From: the human T2T-CHM13v2.0 reference genome, Homo sapiens | DNA: 64,000 bases | Reading direction: 5' to 3' (one strand) | Assembly (NCBI RefSeq): GCF_009914755.1 | Contig: NC_060927.1 | Shown here: piece by piece, positions 1 to 18,503 of the stretch | Layout of the letters: each line of letters starts with the position of its first letter | Numbering within the stretch: the stretch's first letter is position 1 | Program-made: the position numbers and the translations under genes | The notes under the pieces: generated by a model | Seen by the model: only the letters and a program-made list of their open reading frames with translations | Databases searched by the model: none | Told to the model about the DNA's origin: nothing

Positions 1-720
1 TATTTTTTATTGAATTTAACCTTTAACTAGAAAGTTAATTTTTTTACATTTATTACGATGACCGTTATATTTGGATTCATTACCATCTTATTTCTTGCTT
101 CGTATGTTCCTCTTTTGCTTCATCGCTTTTACTTTTTATCACTTTTTCTGCACCCTTTAAGTTTTTATTTAAATTCTATTTCCCTCTTTATTCTTTTAAT
201 AGTTACCATGAAATTTTAACAGATTTGTTTACTTAAGGTCTACATTGATAATTTTCTCTATTCCCTCTTTATATAACATAGGGACCTTAGAATTATAAAA
301 ATCAAATCACCTGCTATTTAGTCTTACTTATTGTTCCATATTTTAATTGTATCCTTTCTTTATTCCCAAATTTAATATTTTTGTTATTTCACACAGACTC
401 TGTGGTTTATCTACATGCTTTCCATGTTCTTCACTCAATATTTCTTCTTGTAGCTCCAGCTTTCCTTTTGTGGTTATTTTCTATCTTGCTGACATGTCGT
501 CAAAAGTTTGTTAAAGTGTGAATCTATTCACTTTTAGGTTTCCTAAAGGGAGTTTTAGTTTTTCTTTTATGTTTACTTACATCTTACTTTTGAATTATTT
601 CAAACATGACAAAATATGTGAGAGGAGTACAAATACTAATAATTCCTATATACCTTGCACCCACATCCTTTACTTATGTTTTACTGAATGCACTTTATCA
701 TTCTCTCTCTCTCTTTCTTC
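1..720 (-). mobile_element. Old L1M (L1MC/ME-like) fragments
   Basis: T-rich degenerate sequence resembling antisense ancient L1 (e.g. tacatttattacgatgaccgttatatttggattc; ttttgaattatttcaaacat...tataccttgcaccc). Boundaries are approximate. Confidence 0.45.
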
Positions 721-1213
721 ATCCTCAGTGTTCATTTTATTACCATGTTGACAGGAAGAGTTGTTCTTGATATTAAGTAAGGATTTTAAATCAGCTTATT
801 ATCACTGCAAATTTCCAAAACAGAGAAAGAAGGGTAACAGTGTGAATCTCTCTATGAATTCTAGTGGAAATGGAAATGTGAGTCCAAAATATTGCCTAGA
901 TTGGAGGAAGGTCATAGAGCACTCAGAAAAAATATGATCATATTGCCATCATAGAAGCAATACATTTGTCTTTTGTCTCCTTACTTGTTTATATTTTTTC
1001 AACTATTTAAATCAAACAATTTGAGGTGAAAGTTCACCACCACTCTCACCTACCAATAACAAGATAGAACAATGGAAACATTATTTCCCAAACATGTGTT
1101 TTCATTTTGATGATAGTCAGCTACTAATCTAGATGCTTGATATAAGAGACATTATCTAAGCTCTGCCATACCTGTATCAGTAGAATTACGTCCCTATTAT
1201 ACATGAAGATATA

Positions 1214-3577
1214 CAGGCGTACCTTGGAGATATTGCAGATTCAGTTCCAGACCACTGCAATAAAGCAAACATTGCAATAAAGTGAGTCATACAAATTTGT
1301 TGGTTTTCCAATGCATAAAAAAGTTCATGTTTACATTACAATATAACCAGCTTAGTGTGCAATAGAAGTATGTCTAAAAACAATGCACATACTTTAATTT
1401 TAATATACGTTATTGCTAAAATGCTAACGATTATCTATTCCTTCATCAAGTTGTGATTTTTCACAGGTAAAGGGTTTGGTCCCAATGTTGATGGCAGCTG
1501 ACCAATCAGGGTGGTGGTTTCTGAAGGTTAATGTGGCTGTGGCAATTTCTTCTAACAAGGCAGCAATGAAGTTTGCCACATTGGTTGACTTTTCCTTTCG
1601 TGAAAGATTTTTTTTTTTTTTTGGTAGCATGTGATGCTGTTTGATAGCTTTTTCCCCACAGTAGAACTTCTTTCAAACCCAAATTCTGCCACTGCTCTAT
1701 CAACTAAGTTTCTGTAATATTCTAAATTCTTTGTTGTTATTTCAAGAATGTTTACAGCATCATTACCAGGAGTAGTTTCTATCTCAAGGAATGACTTTCT
1801 TTGCTCATCTGTAAGAAACAACTCCTAATGCATTAAAATTGTATCTTGAAACTGCAGCAACTCAGTCACATCTTCAGGCTCCACTTCTAATTCTAGTTGT
1901 CTTGCTGTTTCCACCACATCTGCATTTACTTCCTCTGAAGAGTTAAACCCCTCAAAGTCATCTATGAGAGTTGGACTCAACTTCTTCTAAACTCCTGTTA
2001 TTGTTGATATTTTGGACTCCTCCCAAGAATCACAAATGTCCTTAGTGTCATCTAGAGTAGTGAATCCTTTCCAGAAGATTTTCAATTTACTTTACCCAGA
2101 TTCATCAGAGGAGTCATTATGGCAGCAATAACCTTATCATATTTAGTTCTTATGTAATAAAACTTGAAAGTTGAAATTACTCCTTGATTCAGCGGCTACA
2201 GAATGGATGTTGTGTTAACGAGCATAAACACATTAATATCATTGTTCATCTCCATCAGAACTCTTGGGTGTTCAGGTACATTGTCAATGAACAGCAATAT
2301 TTTGAAAGGACTCTTTTTTCTGAGCAGTAGGTCTCAAGAGCGGGATAAAAATATCCAGTAGACCATACTGTTAACAGATATACTGTCATTCAGACTTTGC
2401 TCCATTTATAGAGTACAGGCACAGTAGATTTAGCATAATTTTTACTATTTTCAGAATGGTAAATGAATATTGGCTTCAACTTCAATTTACCAGCTGCATT
2501 AGCCCCTACAAAGAGTGTCACCCTGTCCTTTGAAGCTTTAAAGCCAGGCATTGACTTATTTTCTAGCCATGAATGTCCTAGACAGCATTTTATTTCAATA
2601 TAAGTCTGTTTCATCTACACTGAAAATCTCTTGTTTAGCGAAGCCACCTTCATCTATTATCTTAGCTAGATTTACTGGATTATGTGCTAAAGCTTCTATA
2701 TCAGCACACACTAGTTCACCTTGCACTTTTTTTTATTTTGGAGATGGCTTCTTTCCTTAAAAATTATTAACCAACTTCTTCTAGCTTCCAATTTTTCTTC
2801 TTCATCTCTCTCAGCCTGAAGAGAATTGAAGATAACTTGGGCCTTGTTGTAGTTGCTTTGATTTTCTATCCAGACTAATAAAACATTCTTCATATCAGCG
2901 ACAAGTCTGTTTTACATTCTTTATCGTTCATTTGTTCACTGTAGTAGCACTTTCAATTACCTTCAAGAACTTTTCCCTTGTGTTCGTAAGTTGGCTGTTA
3001 TAAGAGACCTAGCTTTTAGCCTCTCTCAGCTTTCAACATGCCTTCTTCATTAAGTTTAATCATTTCCAGCTTTTGACTTAAAGTGAGAGATGTATGATGC
3101 TTTTCTTTTCACGTGAACACTTACAGGCCATTGTAGGGTTATTAATTGGTTTAATTTTAATATTGTTGTGTCTCAGCGAATAGTGAGGCTTGAGGAGAAG
3201 AAGAGAGATGGAAGAACAGTTAGTTGCTAAAGAACTGAGAACACACATGATATTAATTAAGTTCACTATCTTATATGTGCAGAGTGTATGGTGCCCCACA
3301 AACAATTACAATAGTGACATAAAAGATCGTTGATCACAGATAACTATAACTATATATATAACCATAACTATAAATATAACCATAACAATATAATGACAAT
3401 GAAAAAATCTGAAATATTGTGAGAATTACTGGAATATGACACAGAAACCAAAAGTGATCACATGCTGTTGGAAAAATTGGTGTGAATAGAATTGCTCAAG
3501 GCAGGCTGGCCACAAACCTTCAATTTGTAAAAAACACAGTATCTACAAGAAAAGTGCAATAAAACAAGGTACGCTTG
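1214..3577 (-). mobile_element. Tigger1 DNA transposon (TcMar-Tigger), near full length, transposase disrupted
   Basis: Terminal inverted repeats caggcgtaccttg (1214) and caaggtacgcttg (ends 3577), with TA at 1212-1213; about 2.36 kb. Minus-strand ORF pieces such as [27 protein letters not shown] resemble pogo/Tigger DDE transposase. Confidence 0.93.
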
Positions 3578-4608
3578 CCATTGCTCCAGGTTACAGAGAA
3601 AAAAAGTGGAAGAGATTAGATCCAAATCAAATCTCTCTGATGCCATAACCCACGATCTTAATCATTAAATACATTGCTTCCAATTTTATGTCTAGATAAT
3701 ATATATTTCATAGGTTTTATATAAAAATCTATTGTTTAACATCATCTCATTAGTTATATATATATTATATTCAGAATGTTTTCTTTAATTAAACAATGGT
3801 TGCTTAAATGAACTACTGCTTTATTAAGCAAGAAACAAATCTTAATCTGTAATATATATTTAGAAGTAGCACTTATAACATTAAAATGAGCCATGACTGT
3901 TTTTCCAGAATAATGAGAAAATGACCCCTTAAATCGATTATACTTTAAAAGGAAAGACGCCTGTTTTGTCTATCGTTATGAAGGAGATGAAATTTGGCAA
4001 GGCAAAAACTTTAATTTAGGTTATTAAAAGAAGCAAGTTAACTCATGTTTATGTTTTAGAACTTATTTTTTTTTTTAAAAACCTTGAGTCGAGTTTTCTT
4101 TGTATTTATTTTGTACTATTTTAAAATGTATAGGTCATTTGCAAGTAGTTAGTTTCTGAATTTTTGGTGCAATCCAAATACTTAGTTTAGTGTTACCTGT
4201 GGTTTACCTGCTAATTTAAAAAGATGACTATAACATGCAAATTAAGATTATAACCACGCATTTTCAACTGGAAGCTATATGGAAAGAGTATTCGATATAA
4301 AAAACACAACAAATAAAAATTACATAGATTCTATTTTCTTTGCAGTTTAAAAATGAATTGGAAAAATGAATTAGTAATAATGTTTAAAATGCATTTAATT
4401 GTGTTTTCTAATGTTGCATGGCATAAAATTTTGATAGCTCGGTTGGAAATGTATGTCTGAACTAGATTTCAGAGAAATTGTTTTCCTCTTTGTATTGGTG
4501 AAATACTAACTGCTATGTCTTGATATGACCACTTGATGGAACTCTTTCATTTTGCTTTCAGCAATCTCTAAGCAGTGACAAACTCACCTTTCTGGGCAGG
4601 CATAAAAG

Positions 4609-4670
4609 TATATGTATGTGTGTGTGTGCGTATATATATATATATTATATATATGTGTGTATATATATAT
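4609..4670. repeat. (TG)n/(TA)n microsatellite
   Basis: Read directly from the sequence. Confidence 0.9.
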
Positions 4671-5519
4671 GCTTAAAGGAATTCTTTATTTGGCATATTT
4701 AATATTCTCTACAGTTTTTTATATATGTGAATTTTATTTATTTCTACGGAGAACCATAGTGTTAGTAAGTCGATCTGTAGAAAAAAATAATAAAATACTA
4801 CTTCTTAAATAAACTCTTGTTCTCATTTCCCTCCAAGAATTTTTTGCAGAAAATTAATTTTAAATAATGCTAAATATTTAAATATAGTCATAGCCAAGAT
4901 GTTATTGTTCTTTTATAATCAAACTTAAACTCTATTTCTGGGATGTCTTCAAAATTAATAGTCAGAAACATTCACAAAGTCTTGGGAATTAGAGGGTGTT
5001 ACGTAGCTATGGGAACTTCCTCACAATTATCCTTATTGGGAAAGATAGCTAGAGAAGGGGAGAGATTGATTTTGAAGTGAAGCTTTCAATAAAGTCATAT
5101 AGAATAATTAGGAAAAACTAGAAGTGAAGGGCAGGGTGAAAATCACCTTCTCTTTATTGAAAACATTGACACTATAGATCATCCAAGAGCTGTGGATTAG
5201 ATATCAATCATCTATTTGTGACCTTTCATTTAAACTTTTTGAAGTTTTGCATAAAATAGGAATAATCTGAGTCTCTCATGAGGCTCAGATACAATAAAAC
5301 TCACTATAGTAATACATTTGTAAACTCTAAAAACATCATGGAATTAGTAGTTGTTGGAATGATCACATTGTTGTAAAGAAAGCCCACATTAAGCGTGTCA
5401 GCATATCTCAGAGAAAAAGGCCATCTTCAGTAATTCTACCTTACAAAATATTTTCCATGCTCTGTAATGTCTGGCTCCTAGTCACAAGAATCTCAAGGAA
5501 GTAAGGCCTCTTTTTTGTT

Positions 5520-5836
5520 TACCATTTATTCTAAGTGATCTCTGCCACTTCAGTGGCATCTAGTCCTATGCTAATGATGGCCAAATCCATTTTTCCAGTC
5601 CAGAATTTCTACATGAGCTCTACCATCCTATTAGACATTTTCTCCCCAATATTCTGGAAACTGAAATTTCTCTTTGTCTAAAACCAATCTCACTGTATTT
5701 ATTCTGCAAAACTGTTGCATATACTTGGCTGACAGAGTTTTTGGTTTTTAAATTGATGACCATGATTAATTTCTCTTTTGGCTCCCCAGTACCTTGCCTA
5801 CAGTAGTCAGTGACCGATTAACCATTGAATGAATGA
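5520..5836 (+). mobile_element. L2 fragments
   Basis: L2-like ctatgctaatgatggccaaatcc...tccagtccaga and an L2 3' end (...attgaatgaatgaa). Confidence 0.5.
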
Positions 5837-6259
5837 AGTATTTTGAAGCTCAAGATATAGATTTGACGTAATGGTGATAATCTCAAACATTAATTTGTTT
5901 TATTGTGACTCTATTAGAGATTGGCTTATACAATATTACTTTCCTACTGTTTCTTGTTTTTATCTATTTTTGGTCTATGCAAGGCATTGAAAATATAAGG
6001 CACTGAATGCACCTTCATTTTCAGAGTTTAAAAGAAATTTCATTGCTGCACTAATGATAAAAATTTAATCAACCCTTTCTTAGGAATAAGTTATAAAATA
6101 CTATTAATGCTTTTTCTCTATATACACTTTTTCTTCTTGAATTACTGGAGTGAGGAAACTCACTTAAGAGGAATGTCCTTCAATAAGAGCAGCTGTAAGG
6201 AAAAAGCATATTTTCACTGCCAAGAAAAACTATCAGATAAAATACATTCATTGTACAAA

Positions 6260-6585
6260 AAAATTATGAATGATTTCTGTAGACATGCAATATGGTATGT
6301 ACTATTGAATGTGTTGGAGATAAAGTAATAAACAAAAGTACATGTTCTTACATTCTTTGAGCTTGTGTGGAGATCCCATATAAACAAATGTGTTATTTAT
6401 ATTTTGGTTTAACTTATTTTATTTCAGGTTGCAACAGAACTATACAAAATGTGAAGTAGGGAAGGTGATGAAGTAACAGAGGCTGCTATTTTCTAATGGG
6501 TTGTCAGAGAAGATCTGTCTAAGGGGAGACTTTATATAGATATTTGAGTGAAAAGGGCCAAGTCATTTGGGGAAGACATTTTGGA
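6260..6585 (-). mobile_element. L2 fragment
   Basis: Antisense L2 3' region pattern (tgttggagataaagtaataaacaaaa...gtcagagaagatctgtctaaggggagac). Confidence 0.5.
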
Positions 6586-7411
6586 CTGCCTCGAGAGGTC
6601 TCAAGGACCTTCCAGGGCTCTCCAGAACCCCTCTTCAAGGATCTCTGACAAGATACTGATTACAGAGATGTCTGAGGACTGCGCTGGGACAATCCAACAT
6701 TTGTAGTACTGATGCAAAGAAAGCCCACCAAAAGAGATTTCAATCATTTCTATCGTTCTATAAAAATATTTTTATGACTCCCAATTTTCATTTAGTTAGC
6801 ATATTTTTTCTTCTTCATGTCACATTTACCCTTTTGTTGACTGTAAAGAAATCCATACACTTATGCAATGTATTCTGTAACAGCATAAGCTGTTTTCAAT
6901 GATGGGAGCATCGATTTATAGGTAAGTATAACTCAATTAAAGCACATAGGTTCAGGTACTAAAATCAATACAAAGAGCATATTCTTGTACCTCCCAGTCA
7001 CCTGCCCCCATTTTACATAGGCTTAACATTTCTGGTGGACAGAATCTTGCTGCTTGTTTGGGATCCTTGACATTACAATATTCATTGTAGAGTAGGCATG
7101 CAATGCTTTTAATTTCAATTAATAAGTTAATTTCAAGGGGCAGGGAAGTGAGCAAAAGGGGGCTTATGACCCTCTTTCCTAAAGAGCAACCAATGGTGAG
7201 CCACTGTTGGTTGCTACGCAAGGCCACTCCTGAGATCCCAGTTCTAATATCATAAATAATCAAGTACATGAAAATAATATAAAATGAAACCCATCCTTTT
7301 CTGACAACAGTGTCTTGCTTCTGGAGATAAAACTAATGATTTTCTCAGAAAATTTTTAATCAACATTTGGAGGAAAAGCTAAAGAGAGATTTAAATATTA
7401 TTCCATTAGGA

Positions 7412-7574
7412 CAGGATTGCCTGGTAACTTACAGGACACCCATTTAAATTTGAACTTCAGATAAGCCACTAAGTATTTAAGATGTTCTTGTACTAAAAAG
7501 TTATTTGTTTTTTACATGAAATTGAAATTTAAGTAGAAATCCTCTATTTTTATTTGCTAAATCTGACAATCCTA
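7412..7574. mobile_element. MER53 hAT-family MITE (palindromic)
   Basis: TIRs caggattgcc / gacaatccta; internal arms aaatttgaacttcagataa / ttacatgaaattgaaattt; 8-bp target site duplication (TSD) cattagga (7404-7411) / tgttagga (7575-7582). Confidence 0.8.
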
Positions 7575-9062
7575 TGTTAGGAATACTTTAGACAGATGAG
7601 GGTAGGATACTTTTTCTGGAAACATCAAGCAACCTATTTTTGTTAGTCCATCAATCAAAGCCAAGGAGCCAATAGGATAGATTAGTATGGCTAAATGTCT
7701 TAGGCTATTGGCAAAAAGTGTGGGTGTAGTATTTTTCAAGACAAAATAAAAGAAAGGAAGTTAGCTTTTAGATGGATGAAATGTTCTTTCTTAGCTATGA
7801 TTTTATTAAAAATATACTGAGATGAGAAAATCAATCCTTTCTCAGATGAGAAGAAATCCAAACATAAGCACAATAAAACACGTGAAAGAAATAAAATACA
7901 TGCTATAGAATTAAACCATATTCAAATATATACTGATAGAGCAAATATGAGAGAGGATAATAATACATGAAGGTAAACTAGGCCCTCTTCCATGAAAAAT
8001 CATAGGCTCAAATTATCTATGGAGGGGTTAGGCCACTCATAATGACAAAAGATGAAGACACTAATAAGAGTTATATAACCTTTTTAGTAGTTATATTAAG
8101 CTTCTAAGTGAGGTTAAAAAGTAACAGAAATATTACCAACCATGTGATAAAAACATGAAAAAATTACCACAATTGACAGAACTCCAGGATCATAAGAGAC
8201 TTGTTAGATTCTAAAGGAAGTTGCTAATGAATAAGGAAAGCTGTTAAACAGACATTGAAAATCTCCAAAGAACTAGGGCATGCATTAAAGAAATCTTCAG
8301 GAAAATGCAATATAGAAAAATTAAGAAAAAAATGTTTAACTATGGTGCGGTGTAAAATTCCAGTGGTGTGAATTTCAGAATCAAGAATAGACCTAAGAAG
8401 GAAGAGGAGGAGGACCTTTCTACCAAAGATCATTACCTGTCAAAACCATGAAGTCTCTTAATAACATAAGCTACTGACTAGATTTTAAATTTGCATTGAA
8501 AAATGCCATGATTATTAAAAATTTTTACATAAAAAAAGGCCTGGGTTATTTGAATGTGTTCTCTAACTGGTTGTGTGCTTGGAATTAAAGCCCTATCACT
8601 GGCATTCCAACTCTGCTGTGATCCTATTTTGGGGGCTAGTTCCTGGCAGTGATGCTATGAGCATATTTGCCAAATTGTCTAAAGACCACTTTTCTTGTTA
8701 TGCAAATATCAGTTTAGTCATCCAACTTGTGTATACAGTTCTGGAACAAGAAGCATCTGAAAAAAAAGAACATATTATTCTTATGACAGTTTAGCTAAAA
8801 GTAGGGGATGGGGATATTCTTTGGAGGAAAAGAATTCTATCAAGGACCTAATATATTTAGTTTTTTTGTTAAAAACAAATTTCCAATGGTTTCAAGCCAG
8901 AAATTAATTAAAAATGGAAGTTAACATGAAAAATTAACAAAACTTTATCATTTCTATTTGTTTTTGTTAACTGTGTTTAATAAGTGTTCAGAAAAAACAT
9001 GGTATTATATTAATGTCTCCTAAATATTTGAAAATCTATAATTTAGCACTTCTTACATTTCT

Positions 9063-12460
<3,398 letters not shown>

Positions 12461-12980
12461 TAGCACTTCTTACATTTCTAATGTAAAAACTGTTTAAACA
12501 CTATGGCATGCTAGTTTAAAAATTACGTATTGAGTGGTCCAAACAGACCATAAAGTTTTCAAAAAGCAATATTCATATCACACACATTGAAGTTAGTTTC
12601 AATTGGATATTATATGATACTGCTTGTTTAGACAAGATAGTGTTTTCTTTTAATATTGCAATGTGTGATATACTAAAGAACTTTTATGTTGAAGCCTTAA
12701 AAAGACAGAAATAAGAGAAACCCAAACACATTCTGACTGGCTTTAAAAGTAAGAATAAATAGTACTTCCAAAACATCGTAAAATGGATATAACAGCAAAA
12801 AAAAAAATGGGGAGAAATGTTATTGTTGTTTTTTCTTTGTTTCCTCAGGGGGGAAAAATATGGTACTTTTATCATGGTTGGGACATAACTTCTAAAGAAA
12901 AACAAGTTTAGAGCTTTCTATGTATTTTCTATTTCTTTCTTTAGACAATATTACCACGTGGTCTGGTCTAATGTAGCTGT

Positions 12981-13008
12981 GACACATACACACACACACA
13001 CACACACA
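12981..13008. repeat. (CA)n microsatellite
   Basis: Read directly from the sequence. Confidence 0.9.
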
Positions 13009-13274
13009 GACATATCACCGACCAGGATATGCTGTGCTATTGCTTTTACTTCTTAGTGTGAATACTAAAAGGCCTAGGGTCACCTTCAGCTCTTTGGACA
13101 CTGGCTTCCTGTGTGTCCTGCTGTGCATATAGGGCCTGCTACTGTGGTGTTTCCTCTGAGTCCCACATGCTGTGCCATTTTTGTACGAATTGAGCCAGAT
13201 ATTTTCTACATGGCATCATGGTCTGCCACTGGAATTTTACACTGAAAAGTTAGCAATAAGCATTTTACTACTCA

Positions 13275-13815
13275 TTGTTATTTATATGTTGCTATGTAAT
13301 AAACCACCCCAAAGCTTAATGACTTCAAATCACAGCCATTTTATTGGGTACGATGTCATGAGACAGCAATATGGGCAGGATGAAGAAGAGATAACTCGTC
13401 CATGATTGAATGGTTTTGGCTGGGACAGCTCACCTGGAGCTAGTGGAACCCATTGGCCTCATTCACACGTGTGGCATGGGTACTTGCTGTTGTCTGGAAC
13501 ACCATGGGTCTCTTCCATGTAGATTGTGTTTCTACCTGCGGCCTGTCACCCTCCCGTCTCTCCGTGTGGTTACCCTCCTTAATAGGAGATCCTGGAATTC
13601 TTTATGTGGAGCTGAATTCCGAAAGGGAAAGTAGAAACTGAATACCTGAGCTCAAAAGTCCTAGAACATAACTTCCGTGACATTTCATTGATCAAAGCAA
13701 GCCACATGGGCAACCCAGATTCAGGAGTTAAAGAAATAGACTTCACCTCTTGACAGGAGGGTGGCAAACACCTTAGAAAAGGGGCATAGGCATGAGCATT
13801 GGTGGGCAGTTTTCA
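13275..13815 (-). mobile_element. MLT1-family MaLR LTR (old)
   Basis: ttgctatgtaataaaccaccccaaagcttaatgacttcaa start and aagcaagccacatgggcaacccagattcaggag...aaatagacttcacctcttga, both typical of antisense MLT1. Confidence 0.7.
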
Positions 13816-14389
13816 TCACTCTAGCACTCTGCTTTCATGGGTCATTTGCAGTGGCCTTTGAAATGAATAGCTGCACCCAATATCATTTTGCTTTGAATAA
13901 GGCAGGAGCATGGATTTTAAGTTTTTCTCTAAATTATTTCCTGAAGGAAAAAAAATATGTATCTGCTCGTTTGTGGTTATAATGTTAAATTAGTTTTAAA
14001 AGTTTAAAATTTTGATATAATCTCCTTCTCCTCAAGTAGCTTAGCTGGTTAATTCAGAAGGACTAAATGCATCTATTTCTATTATATTTTTCTCCCCGTG
14101 TGAAATAGACAAGTCACCTATACTAATTTTCTATGATAAGATGTGGAGACTAGGTTATGTATCCTTGCAGATAAGCACACTCAGAACTGAAAGAACAAAG
14201 TTGAAAGTATGTTGTTTCATTAGGGAACAATGTGAAATAATTAATAACCCACATTAGTTCTGTGTGTTAGAATGTTTTTGTGGGGGTAGGAAAAATATTT
14301 ATTTTGCAGTTAAATTATACAATTCTACTTCCTAATGCTTCCGCTACAGTAACTTCTTCTTGTCTTATCACCTCAAATCCATGTTTTTG

Positions 14390-14971
14390 GTGATGTGCCA
14401 TTATCTTGCTTTAAGCTCTTCAATTTCTTCCAGTGGCTGGTAGAAAAAAGTGAAAATTCCTTCGTGTGACATTTATGAGCCTTGCCTGGTTCCAGCTATC
14501 ATTCATCATGCCCCACCTCATGGCCTGTGCCCCAGCCAATCAAACTGCCTGTAATTTTCTCAGATTACAGTCTGGGTGAGGCCTGCAAGGCTGCTAGTTC
14601 AGCGCTCTCTGTTGTATCTTCCTTTGGTCTCTGATTTCTTTTACTCTCCCACCTCCCAGAAAACTTGGTCCAAGAACAGTGCTTCTCTCTTTAACCTTCG
14701 CTCAATACTGTATCTGATGTGAATCTTCTTTATAATCGCCTCCTCTTACATAGAAGTGACTGTTTTATCCCATGTGTGCTAATTTCTAGACCTTCATATG
14801 TTTTATCTTTGAAGCTATAGTATACTCCTGCATTTAATTACTTACCTATCTTTTTCTATGGCTGGACTACATGTAAATATATCTTTTTTTTTTTTTTTCT
14901 AAATCCTCTCTTCCTAGGACAATGTCTGGCACATATTTGGTATTTAAGAAATAAGGCTTGCTGAATTAATG
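14390..14971 (+). mobile_element. L2 3' fragment
   Basis: Ends in cctaggacaatgtctggcacata...tgctgaattaatg, an L2 terminus. Confidence 0.6.
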
Positions 14972-15805
14972 CGCATATGCCAAAATCCCTTTTGATACTG
15001 AGTCTTCCTAGTAACAAATATTCTAGACATGTTCTAAGACAGATGCATAAGTATTATCTCAGCATGGATTATCCCAGTATGATTCAGAACAGAACTCATG
15101 TATGATTCTCTGTTTGTTTGTTTGTTTTTTTAATTAAGACTGGAAGCATGATTAGAAGGTGACTGTGATCAGTCTGAGGATGCGCTAGGCTAGATTTTCT
15201 CCAGGGTAGATTTTCTCCTCTATGCCATAAAATAACCAGCAGACTGTTTAAGAGCCACCAGCAACTCCAATTTTTCTTTCAGAAGTCTGTTAAGACATAA
15301 TGTTTGATGTGCTTGCTTTCCAAGGCATACATTAGTTGAGTGCAATTATATAAAGGAATGTTGAATCCACAAGCCATATTGCACCGAGTATGTTTTGCAG
15401 AAATGTACCTTGATATGCCACATAATTCCCATACACATTTGGGGGCCTGCACTCATTATCGATTGAAAACAATCTCATCAAAAAGTGACAGTCTTGATTG
15501 CGATTTTCATCTGATCTTACAAGTTATTTCCAAGGGCCACGGTGTTGGCACATTTTTAACTCCTGTGTCTCCTTCACCCTCTAAAACAGACTTAGCTCCA
15601 CCTTTTCATGGAAAAACGCAAGACCCTCAAATCATTGTATTGTCCTAACAGCTTTCGAAGAATTACTTCCTTCAAAGTTATTTTCCTCTTTTTTTTAACT
15701 TACATTTCTAAAGCTAGAGTCAGGATAGTTGATTCTGGTGCTGAAAAAAAATCAATTAATAACCATTTTTATAAACTTCTACACATTTCTTTGGTGTAGG
15801 GATGA

Positions 15806-16497
<692 letters not shown>

Positions 16498-16835
16498 ATT
16501 TCTCCACTTTTTCACATGTGTTTTCTCATCTATAAAATATTATTTATCCCTGTAGATCTCTATTCACCTCGAAAATTAAGATAAACCTTTCCATTTACTT
16601 CCCAGTATATAATTGGACATTTTACCATAGCGAACTTACCCATGCTTGTTTTTCAGTGTGTTCATTTATATTACTTTGGAAAAGCAATTATCTTGCCATC
16701 CTCTTTGTTGTCTTCTGATTTCGACTCCCTATTTGTCAGTGAGATTTTCTTCTGCCCTTAAGTACTATATGCTCATCCATCTCCATTGTATATCAATAGG
16801 CCTTTGAAAATAATCCTAGCTGTAAATCCTATTAA

Positions 16836-17223
<388 letters not shown>

Positions 17224-17244
17224 GCATGTTCATTTTCCAATCAC

Positions 17245-18130
17245 TATTTATGCATTCTTCAATCATACTGCTTTACTCAGTACATACATACATAAAATGT
17301 TTTCTGTGTATCAAGCCTTATTCTAGGCACTGGGGATTGACTAAAAACAACAACAAAAAAATAGGATAATCTGTTCCCCTGCCCCCTTGAAACTCACAGT
17401 CAAACAGGAGAAAAATATATGAAAGAAAAGAATAAAGTAAATAATTTTGTCATTTGAATAAACACAAAGATAGAGTGATATTATAGAACAAAATCCTTAA
17501 CTACCCTTGGACAATGAATATGAGTTTTTAAAGAAGTGCCATTTAAGCTGATACTTTAAAAACAAAGAAAGATTCGCTGAATGACAGGGGTCAAGGAGGA
17601 AGTATGAATAAGTAAAATTAACCTAGAGAGGAACTTAAGGAAGAAATATAGATCAGAATATGCAGAGCTTTGAAAGAGTCATTTTAAGAATGTTCTTACC
17701 TTATCTGAAGGGTACTGGGAAGATACCGGAAAGTTTCAGCAGAAGGGTAACTTGACCTCATTTGTATTTTTAGAGAAATCATTCTAGTTTCTGTTTGTGG
17801 AGCAAGAAAAAAGAAAGATTGTTTGGGAAAGAACAGGAAGTAGGGGAAGATCATGAGTAGAATTCTACAAGTAGGTTTTGCAAATATATGTCTAGAGCTA
17901 GAAGAAATATCTGGTACAGATATAAATTTGGGTTACTTCAGTCTATCATTATTAAAGGAAAGAATAGGAGTAGGTGAGATTGCATTGAGTGTATATTGCA
18001 AGAAGAGTGGGGAAAAGAAATTATGAGGAACTTCAACACTTTAAAATTAAGTAGGAAAGTAGGATCTGGTAATGAACAATCTAGAAGCAAGAATTATAGA
18101 GGTGTAAGGAACATCTTAGAATGAGATTAC
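17245..18130 (-). mobile_element. L2 fragments (continuing at about 18510-18800)
   Basis: Purine-rich degenerate antisense L2 (ttctaggcactggggat; ccttatctgaagggtactgggaag; gatataaatttgggt). Confidence 0.55.
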
Positions 18131-18132
18131 AT

Positions 18133-18448
18133 TGTATGATGGGTGCTGTGATTACTGCCCTCTTAAGGGTGGCCTCAACTACCTGCAACCCATGACTGAT
18201 CAATATAGGGTTAGGAAGGCACAGTCTACCCGTTCCAACTAGAACTTGGCCTTTATACAACTCTGAAGTGTTATTTTAACACCAGTGTCCCCATGGGCTG
18301 AAGCTGCATCCGGCCCACTTTCTCTCCTTGTCCTACCATGCTTCTCTCTACTTTCCTAGCTATTGATCCCAAGAGAATTCCATAAAAGACATCCTTCTTG
18401 TTAGTAGCCATCTGACATTCTCCTTCCCTGGGAACCCAACTGGTAGCA
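18133..18448 (+). mobile_element. LTR16-like (ERVL) LTR fragment
   Basis: The 3' end ttgatcccaagagaattccataaaa...ccatctgacattctccttccctgggaacccaac resembles the LTR16 terminus. Confidence 0.6.
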
Positions 18449-18461
18449 CATGGAAAACTGC

Positions 18462-18503
18462 GTGTGTGTGTGTGTGTGTGTATGTATGTGTGTGTGTGTG
18501 TGT
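18462..18503. repeat. (TG)n microsatellite
   Basis: Read directly from the sequence. Confidence 0.9.

Noticed and set aside
6884-6921. Possible exon ending in AG|GTAAGT
   Set aside because: The donor is perfect but the acceptor is weak, and such sites are expected by chance in 64 kb.
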